A DNA stretch of 64,000 nucleotides from Myxococcota bacterium (lineage in GTDB: Bacteria; Myxococcota_A; UBA796; SXON01), in assembly GCA_040386535.1 (NCBI GenBank), contig JAZKFH010000005.1, forward strand, positions 94,198 to 158,197, read 5' to 3'. The notes under the pieces are model-generated. The model had not been told where the DNA came from and did not search any database. It saw nothing but the letters and a program-made list of their open reading frames with translations. Made by a program: the position numbers and the translations under genes. Shown one piece after another: positions 47,321-57,114 of the stretch (positions are counted from its first letter, which is position 1; the number at the start of each line of letters is the position of its first letter).

Positions 47321-48889
47321 ATGACCATCTCCCTCGGCTTCCGCCCCCGATCGACCCGCACCCGCCTCCGCATGGCGGAGCTCCTTCGCGACGCGCCCCC
47401 GGTCGTGGCCCTCGGCTTCGACGACGACGGCTGGACCGCGGCATGCCTGCGCATCGGCGGCCGCACGCCCGTGTGGGCCTCCACCGGTGACCCCGCGCCC
47501 TGCGCCGACGCGCTCGCAAATCTCGGGCTCCCCGGCCTGGGCGAGGGCCCGGCGGCCGCGACGCTCCGCGGCGATCTCACCTGGGCCCCCCGGTGGAGCC
47601 GCGCCCTGGCGCACGTGCCGCCGCCGATCCCGCTCCCCAAGGGCCCCCTCGTCACGATCCTGCTGTGCACGCGCGATCGCGCCGACGTGCTGCCGCGCAC
47701 CCTCGCCGCCGCGCAGGCCCAGTCGTGGCCGTGCGAGGTGCTGGTGGTCGACGACGGGAGCACAGACGCGACCCCGATCCTGCTCGGTCAGCGGCCGGGC
47801 GTCCGGTTCGTGCGCCGGGCGCGGAGCCAGGGCAAGGCGTCGGCGCTCGCGGCCGGGATCGCGGCGGCGCGCGGGGCCGCGGTCCTCGTGCTCGACGAGG
47901 GGGATCAGCTCCTGCCCGGCGCCGTGCGGGTGCTCGCGACGGCGCTGTTCGCCGACTCCACGCTCGCCGCCGTGTGGGGGGACACCGTGGCCTGCGACCC
48001 GATCACCGGGGCGCCGACCACCCTCGACGCGGCGTGCCGATTGCCCTCCGCGCTCGTCGGCCTCGTCGCCCAGCATCGCGCGCCCGCCCGGCCCGGCGCG
48101 ACGCTGGCGCGCACGTCGGTGTGGCGCGCGGCCTTTCCGATGGGGTCGACAGGCATCGACGATGTCGACCGCGACCTTCCCCGCGCGCTCGCGGCCCTCG
48201 GCCCGGTGGCGACGATCCCGCTCCCGGTCCTGCTGCACCACGGGCCCCCCTTGCACGCGGGGCACTCCCCCTCCCTGGTGGCCCCGGCGACCCCGCGCTC
48301 GCGCCGCGCTGGCGCGCTCCTGGTCGTCGACGACGGCGACGACGGCGCTCTCGAGACCACCCTGGCGCTCCACGCGAGCGGCCAGACGCTGTTCGTCTCG
48401 CTGGAGGTGCCCCGCGACCCGCTCGACGACGTGGCCCACTTCTGGCCGGGCACCTACGCCTCCCAGACGCGCCTGAACGCGTGGGCTGGGCACGGGGGCC
48501 CGCTGCGCCTCGCGCTCACGTCCGCTCCCGGCTGGGCGCCGCCGCCGGTGGACGAGCCGGGGTGGCTGCCCGATCTTCGGGCGCCCGAGGCGGTGCTCGC
48601 CGTCGCCGCGGCGCTCGGGTGGGCCCCCCCGCTACGGTCCCGCCCCGGCCTGCCCCAGGTGCACGGGCCCATCTCCCGCTGCGCGTGGCAGGTGCGCCGC
48701 GCGCTCGACGGGGGGCGCCCGCATGAAGCGCTGGTGCCCCTGGGCGTGCTCCTCACCACCCTCCCCGGGTGGCGGGGCGCGTGGCGCCTCGCGGCGGAGA
48801 CCTACGCCGCGCTCGGACAGTCCGCCGAAGCGAGCGCCTGCCGCGCGCGGGCGGGCGTCTCGATGGACCGGAACGCCTACTCCTGCTGA
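47321..48889 (+). CDS. Glycosyltransferase family 2-like protein with TPR-like tail
   Basis: VTILLCTRDRA...VVDDGSTD...GKASAL..G; DXD replaced by LDEGD. Confidence 0.75.
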   Translation: MTISLGFRPRSTRTRLRMAELLRDAPPVVALGFDDDGWTAACLRIGGRTPVWASTGDPAPCADALANLGLPGLGEGPAAATLRGDLTWAPRWSRALAHVPPPIPLPKGPLVTILLCTRDRADVLPRTLAAAQAQSWPCEVLVVDDGSTDATPILLGQRPGVRFVRRARSQGKASALAAGIAAARGAAVLVLDEGDQLLPGAVRVLATALFADSTLAAVWGDTVACDPITGAPTTLDAACRLPSALVGLVAQHRAPARPGATLARTSVWRAAFPMGSTGIDDVDRDLPRALAALGPVATIPLPVLLHHGPPLHAGHSPSLVAPATPRSRRAGALLVVDDGDDGALETTLALHASGQTLFVSLEVPRDPLDDVAHFWPGTYASQTRLNAWAGHGGPLRLALTSAPGWAPPPVDEPGWLPDLRAPEAVLAVAAALGWAPPLRSRPGLPQVHGPISRCAWQVRRALDGGRPHEALVPLGVLLTTLPGWRGAWRLAAETYAALGQSAEASACRARAGVSMDRNAYSC

Positions 48890-48920
48890 CTCACTTGGGA
48901 AGCCTGCTGACTCACTTGGG
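48882..48920. repeat. 18-bp tandem direct repeat at a convergent gene junction
   Basis: CCTGCTGACTCACTTGGG at 48882-48899 and 48903-48920. Confidence 0.85.
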
Positions 48921-49454
48921 GAGGGAGTGACGCACCAACGGCGCCGAGAACGAGGCGCCGCCGATGTCGACGTACATCTGCCCCTCGGTGACCGACAACG
49001 CCATGGTCGTGCGCCGCTCCACCTTGGCCGCGCAGTCCTCGACAAAGGAAGGGTCGACCTCGACGATCGTGACCCGCTCGGACGCGTACACCTTCTGCCC
49101 GGCGAGCGTGCGGAAATACGGCCCCGTGTCCTTGTGGCAGTACACCACGACACGATTACAGGCTTTGCTCGCCCGGTGCAGCCGCGGCGCGTCCGGCGTG
49201 CCCACCTCGATCCAGACCCGCAGCTGCCCCGTCAGGTCGCGCACCCAGACAGCGGGCTCGTCCGCGTTGGAGAGGCCCTGGGAGAAGGCGATGCCCTCCT
49301 CGTACTCGAGCGCGTACGCGAGCACGCGGGTGAACATGTACTCGGCGGTCTCCGACGGGTGGCACGCGACCTTGAGCGGGAGCGTGGTGTACACGCCCCG
49401 ATCGACGTCCGAGAGGGAGAGGTCGAACACGTGCACGGTCGAGGAGAGGGCCAT
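48912..49454 (-). CDS. yaeQ: YaeQ family protein
   Basis: MALSSTV...SDVDRGVY...HPSET...GLSNADEPAVW...WIEVGTPD. Confidence 0.95.
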   Translation of the reverse strand: MALSSTVHVFDLSLSDVDRGVYTTLPLKVACHPSETAEYMFTRVLAYALEYEEGIAFSQGLSNADEPAVWVRDLTGQLRVWIEVGTPDAPRLHRASKACNRVVVYCHKDTGPYFRTLAGQKVYASERVTIVEVDPSFVEDCAAKVERRTTMALSVTEGQMYVDIGGASFSAPLVRHSLPK

Positions 49455-49514
49455 CGGGAGGGGCTTATCGCGCGGCGGGAGGGTTAAGAGGCGCGGCAGA
49501 CCGCCCGAGGCTTG

Positions 49515-50666
49515 ATGATCATCACCGACTCCGAGACCCTTGCCACCTTCTGCGGCGCCCTGCGCGGCGCGCCGTACATCGCGGTGGACACGGAGTTCTT
49601 GCGCGAGCGGACCTACTACGCCCAGCTGTGCCTCGTGCAGGTCGCCTACGGCGAGCACGCCGCCGTGATCGACCCGCTCGCGCGCGGCCTCGATCTCGGG
49701 CCGCTCCGGGAGCTCCTGCTCGAGCCGACGATCATGAAGGTGTTTCACGCGGCCACGCAGGACCTCGAGATCTTCTTCCAGAAGATCGGCTCGGTCCCCG
49801 CGCCGGTGTTCGACACGCAGATCGCCGCGGCCGCGTGCGACAAGGGCGATCAGCCCGGGTACGCCACGCTCGTCCACAACCTGCTCGGCATCGACCTGGA
49901 CAAGGCCTCCCAGGCGACCGACTGGTCCGTGCGCCCCCTCACCGAGCGGCAGGTCACCTACGCCCTCGGCGACGTGACGCACCTGTGCCGCCTCTACGAG
50001 CTGCTCGTGGCCGAGCTCGCCGAGCGGGGCCGCGCCGCGTGGGTGGCCCAGGACATGGCCTCGCTGCTCGACGAGCGTCGCTACAAGGTCGATCCGCGTG
50101 AGGCCTACCGTCGGCTCCGTCTGCGCGGCCCCTCCCCGAAGACCTTGTGTGTGCTCCGCGAGCTGGCCGCGTGGCGCGAGGAGACCGCCATGGAGCGGGA
50201 CCTGCCGCGCCCCTGGGTCGTGCACGACGACGCGCTCGTCGAGATCGCGCAGCACCTCCCCGACGACATCGAGCAGCTCGCGCGCGTCCGCACGATCAAG
50301 CCCGGCGTCGCGCGCGGCGCCGACGGGAAGACCCTCCTCGCGATCGTGCGCCGCGCCCTCGCGTTGCCCGAAGATACCTGGCCCGTCATCCCCGACCGCC
50401 GCCCTCCCCTCGAGGGCCACGAGTCGCTGGTGGCGCTGTTCCAGGCCCTGCTCCGGCTGCGCTGCGAGGCGCACGGCGTGGCGACCCGGATGGTGGCCAG
50501 CCGGGAGGACCTCGATCTGCTCGCCACCGTCGAGGCGCCGGAGATCCCGTGCCTCTCGGGCTGGCGCCGGGAGCTGTTCGGCGCCGACGCGCTCGAGCTG
50601 CGCGCCGGGCGGTTGGCGCTCACCGGAAAGGACGGCACCGTCGTCGTGGCGCGGATCGCCGGGTAG
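49515..50666 (+). CDS. rnd: Ribonuclease D
   Basis: VDTEFLRERTYY, KVFHA..QDLE, FDTQIAA, DWSVRPL...YALGDV, HRDC domain, GWR. Confidence 0.96.
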   Translation: MIITDSETLATFCGALRGAPYIAVDTEFLRERTYYAQLCLVQVAYGEHAAVIDPLARGLDLGPLRELLLEPTIMKVFHAATQDLEIFFQKIGSVPAPVFDTQIAAAACDKGDQPGYATLVHNLLGIDLDKASQATDWSVRPLTERQVTYALGDVTHLCRLYELLVAELAERGRAAWVAQDMASLLDERRYKVDPREAYRRLRLRGPSPKTLCVLRELAAWREETAMERDLPRPWVVHDDALVEIAQHLPDDIEQLARVRTIKPGVARGADGKTLLAIVRRALALPEDTWPVIPDRRPPLEGHESLVALFQALLRLRCEAHGVATRMVASREDLDLLATVEAPEIPCLSGWRRELFGADALELRAGRLALTGKDGTVVVARIAG

Positions 50667-50668
50667 CG

Positions 50669-51541
50669 CTACGGCGCGGCGACCTTCAGCATGAAGCCCT
50701 GGTAGCTCTTGCCGTCGTCGCAGAAGAGGCGCCCCGCGTAGAACCCCTCCGCGGTCGCGACGAGGGGCGACTCCACGACGCTGCACGTGTGCCCGATGAG
50801 GGTGGTCCGCGTCGCGTACAGCGCGTCGGCCGGGCCGATGTCGACCACTTTGACCATCTTGCCGGCGGGGTACGGGGACGCCGCGGCGCCCGTGGTCGCG
50901 GTGCCCGCGCTCGGGGTGACGGCCGGGGTGACGACCGGGGGCGCGCTGACGGCGCCCGGCGCCTCGACGCTCACCTGGTAGAAGTAGTAGTCGATGCCAT
51001 TGTCACACTTGACCTGGCCCGAGAACCAACTCTCGCCCGCGGAGGAGAGCGCATTGTCCGACACCGTGCAGGTCTGCCCGATGATCCCGGCGCGGTCCTT
51101 GAAGTAGCTGTCGTCCACCGACACCTCCTTGACGCGCACCCGGGTGCCGATGGGCCATGGCGTCTCCTCGGTGGGCAGACGCGAGGCTTCGAGTGTGCGG
51201 CCGGTGAGGCTCTCGAAGTCCCACCCGAAGTCACCCACCTCGACGGCCACCTGGTAGAAATAGTAGTTGTCCGCTTCCCCGCAGGTCATCGAGCCGCCGT
51301 ACCAGACCTTCTTTCCCTTGGCGCTCTGCAGATCGAGCCCCGGATCCTCGACGCCGCACACGAGCCCGACGATGCCCTTCCGCTGCTTGAAGAACGCGTC
51401 CTCCTTGCCGACGGCGGCGATCCGCACGACGCTGCCGGCGGGGACCGAGTCCTGGGCGTACGCGGGAGCGCACAACGTGTGGGCGCCGAGCAGGAGCGCG
51501 CCTGCGCGGGCGAGGGTTCCGAACCGGATGGCTTCGTGCAT
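50669..51541 (-). CDS. Secreted protein with three tandem ~65-aa Cys-pair domains
   Basis: Signal peptide AYA; three GxxVxV...DxxxxxR..IG..C.V...WY.G...C...YYFYQV-type units. Confidence 0.8.
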   Translation of the reverse strand: MHEAIRFGTLARAGALLLGAHTLCAPAYAQDSVPAGSVVRIAAVGKEDAFFKQRKGIVGLVCGVEDPGLDLQSAKGKKVWYGGSMTCGEADNYYFYQVAVEVGDFGWDFESLTGRTLEASRLPTEETPWPIGTRVRVKEVSVDDSYFKDRAGIIGQTCTVSDNALSSAGESWFSGQVKCDNGIDYYFYQVSVEAPGAVSAPPVVTPAVTPSAGTATTGAAASPYPAGKMVKVVDIGPADALYATRTTLIGHTCSVVESPLVATAEGFYAGRLFCDDGKSYQGFMLKVAAP

Positions 51542-51621
51542 GTTCGCGTTCCTTTGGGCGGCGCACCGTGCCACGAGGGGAACGCGCTGTCCACCCCCGC
51601 GGCGCTCCTCTGCCTCCGGAA

Positions 51622-51656
51622 CGAGAAACGGCCCCCCTCCGCGAAGAGGGGGGCCG
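51622..51656 (-). terminator. Intrinsic terminator
   Basis: 11-bp stem CGGCCCCCCTC/GAGGGGGGCCG followed on the minus strand by TTTCTCG, just downstream of the stop at 51679. Confidence 0.7.
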
Positions 51657-51678
51657 CTCGTGCGCCGAGGCTATGTGC

Positions 51679-52845
51679 TCAGCAGTGGTCGGGGCCGCGG
51701 TCGCCGGAGTTGAAGGACTCGAGCTCGTCGGCCAGCTCGTTGCACACGGAGCCCGCCCACGAGGAGGAGCTGATCCCGTAGCCGAGCCCGTCGCCGTCCT
51801 CGTTGGTGATGATCCACGCGTCCGCGGCGGCGATCGTGTCGGCGATCTCGGAGTCGTCGGCGCCGGAGGCCACGGAGAGCTTCGCCGCGATGAGCTGGCG
51901 GGCCAGCGAGATGCTCACGTCGCCACGCGGGGCCCGGGAGAGCAGGGCCAGGAGCTCGGCCTCGGTGTAGGTCCGGTCGCCGAGGACGAGCGACGTGACC
52001 GGCCAGGCCTCGGGGTGGTTGCGCCAGTAGCCGATGGTGCCCGTGCAGCCTTCGGTGTCCGCGTCGGCATCGGCGTCGGAGTCGGCATCCGAATCGGCAT
52101 CCGAGTCCGCGTCGGAGTCGGCATCCGAGTCCGCGTCGGAGTCGGCATCGGAGTCGGCATCGGAGTCGGCATCGGAGTCGGCATCGGAGTCGGCATCGGA
52201 GTCGGCGTCCGAATCGGCATCCGAGTCCGCGTCCGAGTCCGCATCGGAATCGGCGTCCGAGTCGGCATCGGAGTCGGCGTCCGAATCGGCATCCGAGTCC
52301 GCATCGGAATCGGCGTCCGAGTCGGCATCGCTGTCGGCGTCGGAATCGGCGTCGGAATCGGCGTCCGAGTCGGCATCCGAGTCCGCGTCGGAGTCGGCAT
52401 CGGAGTCCGCGTCCGAGTCCGCATCGGAATCGGCGTCCGAGTCGGCATCCGAGTCCGCATCGGAGTCGGCATCCGAGTCCGCGTCCGAGTCGGCATCGCT
52501 GTCGGCGTCCGAGTCGGCATCCGAGTCGGCATCCGAGTCGGCATCCGAGTCGGCGTCCGAGTCCGCGTCGGCATCGGCATCGGCATCCGCGTCGGCATCG
52601 GCATCCGCGTCGGCATCCGCGTCGGCGTCGGCATCCGCGTCCGTGTCAGCGTCGCCCTCGGTGCCCGGGATGGGGTACTTGTCCAACGTGGGCTCGTTGG
52701 GTTGCTCGCCGGGTTCTTCCTCGTCGGTGGGCGGCGAGGTGTCGGCGCTCGGCTCGTCGGCTCCTTCGTCTTCGGGTTTGGAGAAGCCGTAGTCGGTACA
52801 CGACGTACCGAACAGCAGGACGGCGAGCGTCAACAGGCGTTGCAT
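51679..52845 (-). CDS. Lipoprotein with long DA/DADS-repeat linker and small Cys-containing C-terminal domain
   Basis: Lipobox GTSC; ~190 aa of (DA)n(DADS)n; C-terminal [12 protein letters not shown]...[10 protein letters not shown]...LESFN. Confidence 0.85.
   Translation of the reverse strand: MQRLLTLAVLLFGTSCTDYGFSKPEDEGADEPSADTSPPTDEEEPGEQPNEPTLDKYPIPGTEGDADTDADADADADADADADADADADADADADSDADSDADSDADSDADSDADSDADSDADSDADSDADSDADSDADSDADSDADSDADSDADSDADSDADSDADSDADSDADSDADSDADSDADSDADSDADSDADSDADSDADSDADSDADSDADSDADSDADSDADSDADSDADSDADSDADSDADSDADSDADADADTEGCTGTIGYWRNHPEAWPVTSLVLGDRTYTEAELLALLSRAPRGDVSISLARQLIAAKLSVASGADDSEIADTIAAADAWIITNEDGDGLGYGISSSSWAGSVCNELADELESFNSGDRGPDHC
52060..52650 (-). 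repeat. 12-nt tandem repeat encoding DADS
   Basis: GAGTCGGCATCG/GAGTCCGCGTCC variants repeated dozens of times; boundaries approximate. Confidence 0.95.
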
Positions 52846-53022
52846 GGGAAACCTCCCAACCGGTGGCATTTTGCGTGGCATACCGGGCCCCTGCGGGACC
52901 GGTCGCCTTGACCCGCCGCGTCACTCGTTGGGTCGCCACCACGATACTCAGGCGCGGCCATGGCTGACAGAAAGTGACAGGGGCTGGTAACGGCGCGGAC
53001 AGGGGACCGTAAGGACGCCGCT

Positions 53023-54192
53023 TTACGGCGTCCGCCCCGGGGCTGCCCGCCGACGCCGGGCGGCCAGCAGCCCGAGGAACGCCACCCACCCCGGCGGCGC
53101 CAGGCTGACCGTCGAACACGCCGCGCCGCCACAACTCGAGCTCCCGCCGCCGCTGCAGCTCGAACCGCCGCCGCTGCCACTCCCGCTGCAGCTCGAGCTG
53201 CCGCCATCGCTCCCGCCCGACCCCTCACACCCGCCCCCGCTCTCGCCCCCGCCGTCGCACCCACCGCTCCCGTCGCTCTGGCACCCGCCGCCCCCGCTTC
53301 CGCCCCCGCCACCCGTGCCGCCCGTGCCGCCGTCCGCATCCGCGTCGCCATCGACGTCCGCGTCGCCGTCTGCGTCGGCATCCCCGTCACTGTCGGCGTC
53401 ACTGTCGGCGTCACTGTCGGCGTCGCTGTCGGCATCGCTGTCCGCGTCCGCGTCGGTGTCGGCGTCTCCCTCGCCGCCCGGCGCCCGGCCCCCGTTACAG
53501 CCACCGCCCCCATTGCCGCCCGCGCTCCCGCCGGTGCCGCCGTCGTCCGCGGTCGTGCCCCCACCGGGCAGCTCGGCGTGAACCTCGAAATCGATCTCGT
53601 CGAATGGCCACAGATCGATCCAGACGGTCTGGGCGTCGTCGGGTGTGCCGAACCAGAGCGCCGAGGGGAGCGTGTCCGCCAGCGACTCCCCCAGCGCGTC
53701 GTCGGGGCGCACCGTGACAGCGGGCCCGGCGGCGTCCAGCGCGTCCTCGTCGAGCAGCAGCCCCACGTCCAGCACCAGCACGCCCTCCTCGCCGTCGTAG
53801 CTCAGCGCGCGGTCCAGGATCGCGAGGCCGGGATCGAGCGCGATGTCGAGCGTCGTGCCCGCGGTGGTGGTGCCGAACACGTGCAGCGCGCCGTCGAACG
53901 GATCCTCGGTGAAGGAGACGCCGAGATTGCAGTACTCCCCGTCGTCGACCGCGAAGGGGATCGGCGCGAGCAGGTCCAGCACCTCGCCCACGTCGACCGT
54001 CACGGTGCCGCCGTCGCAGTCGGAGAGCAGGAAGGTGTCGACCTCGGCGGTGACCGCTTCGAGCACGATCCGGTCAGACCCCACGGCGACGAAGTCGAGA
54101 TCACTCGCGGAGTAGCTGCCTACCGAGCAACCGGAGAGCATGAGCAGGGTTGACGCGGCGACACCGGATCCGAGGCGGCGGGAGACGGGCAT
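53023..54192 (-). CDS. Lipoprotein with DADS and Gly/Ser/Cys linker and MYXO-CTERM-like tail
   Basis: Lipobox LSGC; DADS repeats; ACSTVSLAPPGWVAFLGLLAARRRR. Confidence 0.75.
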   Translation of the reverse strand: MPVSRRLGSGVAASTLLMLSGCSVGSYSASDLDFVAVGSDRIVLEAVTAEVDTFLLSDCDGGTVTVDVGEVLDLLAPIPFAVDDGEYCNLGVSFTEDPFDGALHVFGTTTAGTTLDIALDPGLAILDRALSYDGEEGVLVLDVGLLLDEDALDAAGPAVTVRPDDALGESLADTLPSALWFGTPDDAQTVWIDLWPFDEIDFEVHAELPGGGTTADDGGTGGSAGGNGGGGCNGGRAPGGEGDADTDADADSDADSDADSDADSDADSDGDADADGDADVDGDADADGGTGGTGGGGGSGGGGCQSDGSGGCDGGGESGGGCEGSGGSDGGSSSCSGSGSGGGSSCSGGGSSSCGGAACSTVSLAPPGWVAFLGLLAARRRRAAPGRTP

Positions 54193-54277
54193 GCGCGATG
54201 CTACCGCTTCGCGACGGGCGCCGGCTTTCACACGGGTGACAGCTTTCGTTCGGGTCCTGCTCAAGCGGTGGAGGACC

Positions 54278-55345
54278 GTGTCCGATGGAGCCCCACCACC
54301 CCGGGCCGCCCTCGTGTTCCTGATCGTCCTCGCCTCCGCCTCCGCCGCCGACCTCACCATCGATTTTCTCGACATCGGCCAGGGCGACGGCGTGCTCTTG
54401 CGCACCCCCTCCGGGTACACCGTCCTCATCGACGGCGGCAAACCCTCCGGCCACGCGGACGATCAGCTCGTGGCGCTCGGCGTCGACCACATCGACCTCT
54501 TGATCGCGACGCACGCGGACTACGACCACGCCGGCATCCACGAGGCGATCCTGGGCGAGTTCGAGGTCGGCACCTATCTGACCAACGGCCTCGCCCACTC
54601 GACGCTCAGCTACGGCCGCATCACGGCGTTGGCCGACCGGCTCGCGGCCGCCGGGCTGCTGGAGGTGGTCACCTCCGAGGCGTTCGCGACCGGCGAGGAT
54701 CTCGGCATCGACGACGTCTCCCTCTACCTGCTCCCGCCGCCCGAGTCGCTCGGCGGCACCGACCAGAACACCCACTCGATCGGCATCGTGCTCGAGTACC
54801 TCGACTTCAAGGCCGTGTTCACCGGTGACAGCGAGCGCGCGGAGACCAACGCCTGGCTGACCGAGGGGCTGGGCACGGAGCTGCTGGCCGACATCGACGT
54901 GTACAAGGCCATCCACCACGGCGCGAACAACGGAGACGCGGGGAACGTGAGTTGGTTGGACCTCGTGTTCCCCGAGCACGTGGTGATCCCGGTGGGGCCC
55001 AACAGCTACGGGCACCCGACCGTCGGTGCGCTCGCGACGTATGACAGCTACGGCGCGCTGGTGTATCGCACCGACGAGGACGGCCGGGTCTCCATCGACG
55101 TCGCGGACACGGGCGGCTACTCCATCACCACCGAGAGCGGCGGCATCGTGTTCGTGTCCAGCCACCCGGTGCCGCCGTTGACCGTGTCCGATTGTCCCAC
55201 CACCCACCCGGTCAAGGGCAACGTGGGGTCGGCCCTCATCTACCACCTGCCCGCCGGCGCCTACTACGGCCGGACCTACCCGGAGGAGTGCTTCGCGACC
55301 GCCGGTGACGCCGCGGCGGCAGGCTACCGCGCGTCGAGCCGCTGA
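54278..55345 (+). CDS. ComEC/Rec2-type metallo-beta-lactamase-fold protein with C-terminal Ada-like small domain
   Basis: FLDIGQGD, LIDGG, THADYDHAG, FTGD, HHG, NSYGHP, YRTD; KGN...IYHLP...CF.T...A..AGYR. Confidence 0.88.
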   Translation: MSDGAPPPRAALVFLIVLASASAADLTIDFLDIGQGDGVLLRTPSGYTVLIDGGKPSGHADDQLVALGVDHIDLLIATHADYDHAGIHEAILGEFEVGTYLTNGLAHSTLSYGRITALADRLAAAGLLEVVTSEAFATGEDLGIDDVSLYLLPPPESLGGTDQNTHSIGIVLEYLDFKAVFTGDSERAETNAWLTEGLGTELLADIDVYKAIHHGANNGDAGNVSWLDLVFPEHVVIPVGPNSYGHPTVGALATYDSYGALVYRTDEDGRVSIDVADTGGYSITTESGGIVFVSSHPVPPLTVSDCPTTHPVKGNVGSALIYHLPAGAYYGRTYPEECFATAGDAAAAGYRASSR

Positions 55346-55400
55346 TCGGGGGCGGGCGGCGGGCCGAGCGGTTAGACGACGCGCACATCAGGAACGCCCC

Positions 55401-55667
55401 ATGTCGAATCATCCCACGGACTTCAAAGGTTCGGTCCTCGACGCCGTACGCGAGGCCATCGAGGCCCACATCCCCAATTCGCAGGCGGACGTGACCGGCG
55501 GCGGCGGGCATTACACCATCGTCGTCACCTCGACCGCGTTCGCCGGGCTGGGCATGCTCGCCAGCCAACGTCTCGTGTACGCCGCGATCACCCACCTGAT
55601 GAAGGGGGACGCGGCGCCCGTGCACGCGGTCGACAGCCTGATCACGCGCACGCCGCCGGCGTCGTAG
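55401..55667 (+). CDS. BolA/IbaG family protein
   Basis: GGGHYTIVVTSTAFAG...QRLVYAAI...VHAV. Confidence 0.9.
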   Translation: MSNHPTDFKGSVLDAVREAIEAHIPNSQADVTGGGGHYTIVVTSTAFAGLGMLASQRLVYAAITHLMKGDAAPVHAVDSLITRTPPAS

Positions 55668-55715
55668 TCCGAGGTGCCGCCGGGGCCAGTCGTCCTGGCC
55701 CCGGACGCGCGGTGG

Positions 55716-55862
55716 TCAGACCGGTGCGCCGCGGATGACGCGTACGAGCACGATGATGACCGCGAGCACGAGCAGGATGTGGATGAACCCACCCATCGTG
55801 TAGCTGCTCACGAGGCCGAGGAGCCAGAGGACGCAGAGGATGACGGCGATGGTCCAGAGCAT
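55716..55862 (-). CDS. lmo0937 family small membrane protein
   Basis: MLWTIAVILCVLWLLGLVSSYTMGGFIHILLVLAVI; AAGGA RBS. Confidence 0.9.
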   Translation of the reverse strand: MLWTIAVILCVLWLLGLVSSYTMGGFIHILLVLAVIIVLVRVIRGAPV

Positions 55863-55920
55863 GATGTTTTCCTTTGAGTAGGGGCGGGGCGAGTAGTGGA
55901 AGGGGCTGAGGGGCGAGTGG

Positions 55921-56217
55921 CTACGCGTGGAAGTGCGAGCGCGCGCGGACCACGCTCTGCTCGAGCTCGGACCAGGCGGACTCGAAGCCGAACTTGACCT
56001 CCTCCCAAGCCTCGCTGGTGGAGTCCTTGAGCTCGGAGAGCCGCACGCGGGTGATGATGTCCCGGCTGCGGAGCTCCTCCGCGACCTTGTGCAGCTCCTC
56101 CCGCGCGGTGCCCGCGGTCTGGCCGGCACGCTCCTCGATCCGGGTCAGGAGCTCCTTCCAATCCGTGAGCTGCTTCTCGCGCTTCTGGGTGTACTCTTCC
56201 TTGTCCTCATGTCGCAT
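55921..56217 (-). CDS. Small coiled-coil protein (sll1863-like stress family)
   Basis: KEEYTQKREKQLTDW...LSELKDSTSEAWEEVKFGFESAWSEL. Confidence 0.75.
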   Translation of the reverse strand: MRHEDKEEYTQKREKQLTDWKELLTRIEERAGQTAGTAREELHKVAEELRSRDIITRVRLSELKDSTSEAWEEVKFGFESAWSELEQSVVRARSHFHA

Positions 56218-56595
56218 GATCTCGTTCTCCGCGAAACGAACCTATGTCGACGCCCGCCGTTCCTTCAGTTGCTTCCGGGGACGTTGTATCGACGTGTGTT
56301 ACCGACGCGTCGCCACCGTACGCAGTCGTGCTGCGATTTGTCACGATGTACGACACACCCGTCGCCGCGCCCGTCTGGTCGCTCGCGCCGTCGCCCGCGA
56401 GCCCCGCCGTCGCAAACCGACCCGCACGCGAACAAACCGTGACAACTCTCGTTCGTACTCCACGGGGAGCATCGTTCGCGCGCCAACCGAACGGGCTCGG
56501 CACACTTCTCCCGAGATGATGACCGCGCGCTCGCGCTAGAGCCCGAGGGAGCGTGTAAAAGAATGGACATCGTCCCGCACGCCACGGAGAGCCCC

Positions 56596-57114
56596 ATGGA
56601 ACACACCTTCAACCCGTCCAAGCCGCCCGTCCGCTTCGCCTCCCGGGAAGCCCGGCGCTCCTCAGAGGCCTCCGTGGTCGACGTGCTCGACCGCGACCAG
56701 CACAAGATCCTCCGGTTGTTCGAGGCCATCTCGTTCTACGCCGACGGTGACGACGAGCGGCTCGACTTCTTCGGTGAGCTCCGCCGCGAGCTCCTGGCCC
56801 ACCTCCGCGCCGAGGAGGAAGTGTCCTGGCCGGTCCTGGTCGATGGCGACCCCGCCCTCCTCGCCGAGCTCCACGCGGCGCACCTCGCGCTCGCCGAGGC
56901 CGTCGACCATCTCGCCCGGACGCCGATGGGGGTGATGTGGAAGGTCCAACTCAAGGCGCTGCGCGTCGGCGTCGTCGAACACATGAAGGCCGAGCGCAGC
57001 GCCCTGTTGCCCCGTGCCAAGCAGCAGCTCCCCCTCGCCCAACAGATGGCGCTCGGCCGCGCGTTCGAAGCGGCGCGGGACCGTCACCTCAACGAGCTCT
57101 CCCGCCAATGCTGA
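56596..57114 (+). CDS. Hemerythrin-like domain protein (degenerate)
   Basis: HLRAEEEVSWP...AH...EHMKAE; first ligand region reads DQH. Confidence 0.75.
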   Translation: MEHTFNPSKPPVRFASREARRSSEASVVDVLDRDQHKILRLFEAISFYADGDDERLDFFGELRRELLAHLRAEEEVSWPVLVDGDPALLAELHAAHLALAEAVDHLARTPMGVMWKVQLKALRVGVVEHMKAERSALLPRAKQQLPLAQQMALGRAFEAARDRHLNELSRQC

